DNA of 64,000 nt from Candidatus Bathyarchaeota archaeon (GTDB lineage: Archaea; Thermoproteota; Bathyarchaeia; Bathyarchaeales; Bathycorpusculaceae): assembly GCA_963717465.1 (NCBI GenBank), contig OY970340.1, forward strand, positions 1,984,001 to 2,048,000. The letters are read 5' to 3'. Made by a program: the position numbers and the translations under genes. Under the pieces are notes generated by a model. That model had not been told where the DNA came from. It made no database searches and saw nothing but the letters and a program-made list of their open reading frames with translations. Each line of letters starts with the position of its first letter. Positions within the stretch are counted from its first letter, which is position 1. Positions 59,897 to 64,000 of this stretch are shown piece by piece.

Positions 59897-61448
59897 CCTG
59901 CTTGTGGTTTGGAAGAGAAAGGGCGAGATTCAGCCGCGTTACGCCAAGCTCTCCACTGACAACATTGAAGCAGCCAACACACTAATCGAAGCCTACAAAA
60001 CGCATATTCATGAGAAAAAGAGAGTTCTAAAAATCATCACAGCAGACCTTGAAAGTAGAGGTTTTGAGTACCGCTTTGTAAGAGGATTGGCTATGCTGCT
60101 TGATCGGAGAGGCACTTTTGTTTGCAATAGCAGAATCAACCCCGTTGATCTAAGGCGAAGAGTTTTTGATGCAGCGCAAAGACTCGGTTTACCAACAGAC
60201 TTGAAAAAACGGGAAAAGATACTTTCCATTGTCGCGTCAGAAATAGCGTTTTCAAAGGAAGAGGTTGAGGAGTCACTTTACAAGGACTTAGATGACGAGC
60301 TAATTCTTGAAAGCTTTAACCCACCCTCAGCAATTGAACTGCTTCAACAGTACAATCTGAGTTTAACGCAGACACTACTCTTTGACTCAACAGAATTAAG
60401 CTTCACAGCTTCAGGCAGATGGCAAGACCTTTTCCACTCCATCAAAAAGCTAGGCCTCATCTATGAGGCTTACCACAATAACGGTTTCTGGGTAAAAATA
60501 GACGGCCCCGCAAGCCTCTTTAAACTAACAAAGAGATACGGAATCCACATTGCAAAGCTTCTCCCCACAATCGTTGCTAACCCTGAATGGACAGTAAATG
60601 CAAAGATACTTTGGAAGTACAGCAACGAAATCTGCTCATTCAAAATAGAAAGCCTAAAGCATGGTTCACTTCTGCCCAAAATCACTTTGCAACCGTTAAC
60701 TTTCGATTCCACAGATGAAGAGCGATTTGCAGTCCAGTTTCTTGCATTAAAGTCTAATTGGATACTTAAAAGAGAGCCTGAGCCTGTTCTTGCAGGTTCC
60801 AGTGTTATCGTGCCAGATTTTTCGCTTGAACGGTCGGGACTTAAAGTGTACTTGGAACTCGTTGGTTTCTGGACCCAAGAATATCTATTACGTAAAATAG
60901 AAAAGCTAAAGCAAGTGAATTCAAAAATGATCTTGCTCGTTAACGAAGCTTTAGCATGCGAAAAACTCGTGGCATTAGAAAAACGTCCGCAGCTGCATTT
61001 CATTTATTATCACAGAGAGATCCCGTTGGCTTCGGTTACACGTTATCTAGAGAAAGCGTTTGAAGACGTTAAAGAAAAAGAAGTAAAATTCTTAATGGAC
61101 CTTCATGTTAAATTTACTGAACCCACCCTTTCCTACGCTGAATTTGCCAGCCGAATAGGTGTTTCTGCTGAATCAGTACGACAAGTACTTCACGCTAATC
61201 CGCCTTACGACTACGTGGCGATGTCTAACAACTTGGTAAGTAAGGAGAAGCTTGGGCAAGTAGGCATTACAATCGGGGAATACTTGAAAAAGGCTGGAAA
61301 ACTAACTCTTTTTGAAGCCACAAGAATTATTGAGTCAGAAGGAATAAGTGATGCTTCCGACGTTTTAACTCAGCTAGGCTATAAAGTAAAGTGGATCGGA
61401 ATAAACGTTGAACAAGCCGAAGTCTACAAGCAAAACGCAGCAAGCTAA
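59883..61448 (+). CDS. bax1: Bax1 endonuclease (DUF790)
   Basis: [40 protein letters not shown]; overlaps xpb. Confidence 0.9.
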   Translation: MLPSSLLVVWKRKGEIQPRYAKLSTDNIEAANTLIEAYKTHIHEKKRVLKIITADLESRGFEYRFVRGLAMLLDRRGTFVCNSRINPVDLRRRVFDAAQRLGLPTDLKKREKILSIVASEIAFSKEEVEESLYKDLDDELILESFNPPSAIELLQQYNLSLTQTLLFDSTELSFTASGRWQDLFHSIKKLGLIYEAYHNNGFWVKIDGPASLFKLTKRYGIHIAKLLPTIVANPEWTVNAKILWKYSNEICSFKIESLKHGSLLPKITLQPLTFDSTDEERFAVQFLALKSNWILKREPEPVLAGSSVIVPDFSLERSGLKVYLELVGFWTQEYLLRKIEKLKQVNSKMILLVNEALACEKLVALEKRPQLHFIYYHREIPLASVTRYLEKAFEDVKEKEVKFLMDLHVKFTEPTLSYAEFASRIGVSAESVRQVLHANPPYDYVAMSNNLVSKEKLGQVGITIGEYLKKAGKLTLFEATRIIESEGISDASDVLTQLGYKVKWIGINVEQAEVYKQNAAS

Positions 61449-61589
61449 CTAATTGAAAATTCGCTCGTTAACCGTTAAAATTAATCATTTTGTGACATTT
61501 TTTTAGACTGAAAATAAAAAAATATATGAGGTTTTATTCGTAATTTTAATTTGGTTTATGTTTGATTAGTTTTTCAGGAGGCATGATTT

Positions 61590-62444
61590 GTGAGTCAGAT
61601 GAAAGGGAAGATTTGCCTGATAACAGGCAGTAATTCAGGGATTGGAAAAGAAACTGCTATCGGCTTGGCTAAGTTGGGTGCAACTGTTGTTATGGTTGTT
61701 CGGAGTCAAGAGCGTGGTGAGAAGGCTAAAGCGGATGTGATTGAGAAAACCGGTAACAAATCTGTTGATCTGTTGCTGTGCGATTTGTCTTTGATGAGTT
61801 CTATTAAGGATTTTGCCCGTAAATTTAAAGCTAAGTATGATAGGCTTAATGTTTTGATTAATAATGCTGGTGCTGTTTTTGATAAACGTGAAGTAACATC
61901 TGAGGGTTTTGAGCGCACTTTGGCAGTTGATTATTTAGGGCCTTTTCTTCTTACGCATGAATTGTTAGACATGCTAAAAGCTGGTCACCCTTCAAGAATA
62001 ATTAACGTCAGTTCAGGACTGCATAAAGGCGGCTCGGTGAATCTTGCTGATTTGCAAAGCGAGAAAAATTATAAGGGCATGAAAGTTTACAGCAACACCA
62101 AACTGATGCTAACCATGTTCAATTACGAACTTGCAAGACGCCTTGAGGGCAGTGGAATAACTGCTAATTCGCTTATGCCTGGATTTGTTGCCACGAATTT
62201 GGGGAGAAGCAACGGCAGCCTGCGTTCCTCCTTATTGTTTACATTGGTTAGACCAATGCAAATCAGCGCCAAAAAGGGCGCAGAGACTTCAATATACCTA
62301 GCTTCATCTCCAAACGTAGAATGCGTTTCAGGCAAAATGTTCAAGGAGAAAAAAGAAGTAAACAGTTCTCCAATATCTTACAATGAGATTTTACGCAAGG
62401 AACTTTGGGAAAAGACAGAAACATTACTCTCTAAATGGCTGTAA
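61590..62444 (+). CDS. Short-chain dehydrogenase (retinol DH-like)
   Basis: TGSNSGIG, NNAG, YSNTK. Confidence 0.9.
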   Translation: MSQMKGKICLITGSNSGIGKETAIGLAKLGATVVMVVRSQERGEKAKADVIEKTGNKSVDLLLCDLSLMSSIKDFARKFKAKYDRLNVLINNAGAVFDKREVTSEGFERTLAVDYLGPFLLTHELLDMLKAGHPSRIINVSSGLHKGGSVNLADLQSEKNYKGMKVYSNTKLMLTMFNYELARRLEGSGITANSLMPGFVATNLGRSNGSLRSSLLFTLVRPMQISAKKGAETSIYLASSPNVECVSGKMFKEKKEVNSSPISYNEILRKELWEKTETLLSKWL

Positions 62445-62492
62445 CTCTTCGTTTAGTTTACTTGCTTTCAAGCGCCTGCTATTCAGCGAGAG

Positions 62493-63059
62493 TCATGGTG
62501 CCTTAAATTTTGCTACAAGTTCTCTTGCCCATTTTCGAATAGCATTCCAATCTCTTGTATCGTAGACTCCGGGCTTAATTTCTTTGAAACCTGCCGATTC
62601 CAACTGTTGCTTAGCCATTGGCTTGGCTTTCCCTGCCCACCATGGCCATTTCTCAAATTCGTAAACCCCGCCAAATAAGCCTAAAGCAAAGGGGTGCAGG
62701 TTGTACTTTGCGGCTTTTTCTTCGAGATATTTCTTTTTGCTTCGATTAATCTTCTCAGGTTTTCCCTCATGCTCAAATAGTGGCTGTGGACCAGAGGAGA
62801 CAAAAAGTGCCAGTTTCTTTTTTGCTAATTCCTTATGGAACTTTTTCAGAAAATTTTCTGCTTCGCTTGTCCACTTGTCGATTTGCATTCCGCTACCGAC
62901 AACCACAAGTTCATAGCCTGAAATTTCATGCACTTTCTCTTTTTTGGCGTTAACAACTTGAACCTCAAATCCTTCTTCACGGAGTATTTTAGCAATTTCT
63001 TCCGATGTACTGGCTGTTGCTCCATACCGAGTTCCGTAAACAATCAATGCCTTAGCCAT
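62493..63059 (-). CDS. Flavodoxin domain protein (HemG-like)
   Basis: YGTRYGATAS, DTRDWNAIRKWA. Confidence 0.9.
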   Translation of the reverse strand: MAKALIVYGTRYGATASTSEEIAKILREEGFEVQVVNAKKEKVHEISGYELVVVGSGMQIDKWTSEAENFLKKFHKELAKKKLALFVSSGPQPLFEHEGKPEKINRSKKKYLEEKAAKYNLHPFALGLFGGVYEFEKWPWWAGKAKPMAKQQLESAGFKEIKPGVYDTRDWNAIRKWARELVAKFKAP

Positions 63060-63179
63060 GAATCAAACCCTATAAATGTAGATGCACTGAGCTAGTCTAA
63101 AAATTTTTTGAATCTTTAGTTTTCAAAAAATATTCAAAAAGATTAAGTGAAAGTTGACTTAAAAAATGCTCTCTAAGGT

Positions 63180-63836
63180 TCAAGTCTGAGGAATTCCAAT
63201 CGGTGTTACGTACTGCAATCCTATGGGAATATCCCATAAGTAAATCTGAATATCGCTCGGGCTGTTTGTTACGTTCAGATAAAAGTTCATTGCTTCTACT
63301 TCTCCTGTATAAATTGTGCGTTGGTAGTTCCATTGAGGTTCTTCAGTGCTATTGTATGCGTTGATCCATGATGTGTTTTGCGAATCAGTGCAGGTTATCA
63401 GTGAACTATTGCAAAGCCAGTAAACTTCTGTACTGATGTTGAACGCTGGATTATAATTCGGATTGGACTTCCAAGTGTTTTTTACGTATATTGTGTGCTC
63501 AAGTGTCTCTCCAGCTTTGCAGTTATTTCCCCAATTAATGGCGAAGATTTGCTGAGTGCAGTTTGCATCACTGTAAAATGAAGCTAGTATGCTTCCCTCA
63601 GAATTTAGAGTGCTATTTATTGCAAAACCGCTATTTTTGGAAGCTATGTTCCCACCATTATTATTTGTGTTATTTGTCGTACTGTTTGACACTGAACTGC
63701 CATCGTTGCCGCTATTTCTATCTGTAACAGAGCTTGACTGTTTTTCATGCGTGATGAAATATACTCCAGCTATCGCCAAAGAACCTATCAAAAAAATTAG
63801 TATTGAAGTGGCTAATAGTTTATTCAAAAAATCCAC
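63180..63836 (-). CDS. Membrane-anchored secreted hypothetical protein
   Basis: N-terminal TM, Asn-rich linker, FYSDANCTQ..INWG. Confidence 0.7.
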   Translation of the reverse strand: MDFLNKLLATSILIFLIGSLAIAGVYFITHEKQSSSVTDRNSGNDGSSVSNSTTNNTNNNGGNIASKNSGFAINSTLNSEGSILASFYSDANCTQQIFAINWGNNCKAGETLEHTIYVKNTWKSNPNYNPAFNISTEVYWLCNSSLITCTDSQNTSWINAYNSTEEPQWNYQRTIYTGEVEAMNFYLNVTNSPSDIQIYLWDIPIGLQYVTPIGIPQT

Positions 63837-64000
63837 CTTGATAAAAAACCGCTAAAAGTCTCTAATGATAATAAGCTATTACCTAGACTTAAATCTTACC
63901 AACCTGTCACAAGAAGCCTTTTTTGGTTATTTGCTGTTCTGATGTTTTACTGGAATGTTTGTTTTCGCTTGCTATAAATATCTGAATTGTTGATTAACTT

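Noticed and set aside
58531..61448. Helicase-nuclease pair as a novel defence system
   Set aside because: Matches the known archaeal XPB-Bax1 pair.

Overview
Archaeal chromosomal window. Evidence: TATA/BRE promoters, an XPB-Bax1 pair, a class III signal-peptide pilin, a polyprenyl synthase and Lrp regulators. The protein types most resemble Bathyarchaeia, which is my inference from recognition rather than a database result. Bases 1 to ~5950 hold a minus-strand head-tail virus (Caudoviricetes-like) packaging/head module: a holin-like gene, TerS, TerL, portal, and a prohead protease-scaffold ORF that runs off the left edge and is missing from the ORF track. The module starts right after a tandemly repeated promoter-like motif, with no integrase or replication genes at this end. 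Bases ~26.7-32.3 kb look like a nested, cargo-carrying IS6-like element: a transposase with a Trp-to-TGA stop, a second transposase 3' remnant and two candidate inverted-repeat pairs. The rest is mostly housekeeping or accessory. It includes a SelO-like kinase-fold operon, two paralogous proteins with a catalytically degenerate site-2-protease-like membrane domain and different ectodomains, and a PrsW/poly-Pro/Zn-ribbon cluster. It also has a PMT-type glycosylation operon, MMPL, asnB, aguAB, a NikR-regulated metal ABC transporter, fumC, trxB and XPB-Bax1. Five single-base frameshifts, four in short homopolymers, suggest sequencing errors. I recognised no tRNA, rRNA or CRISPR array.
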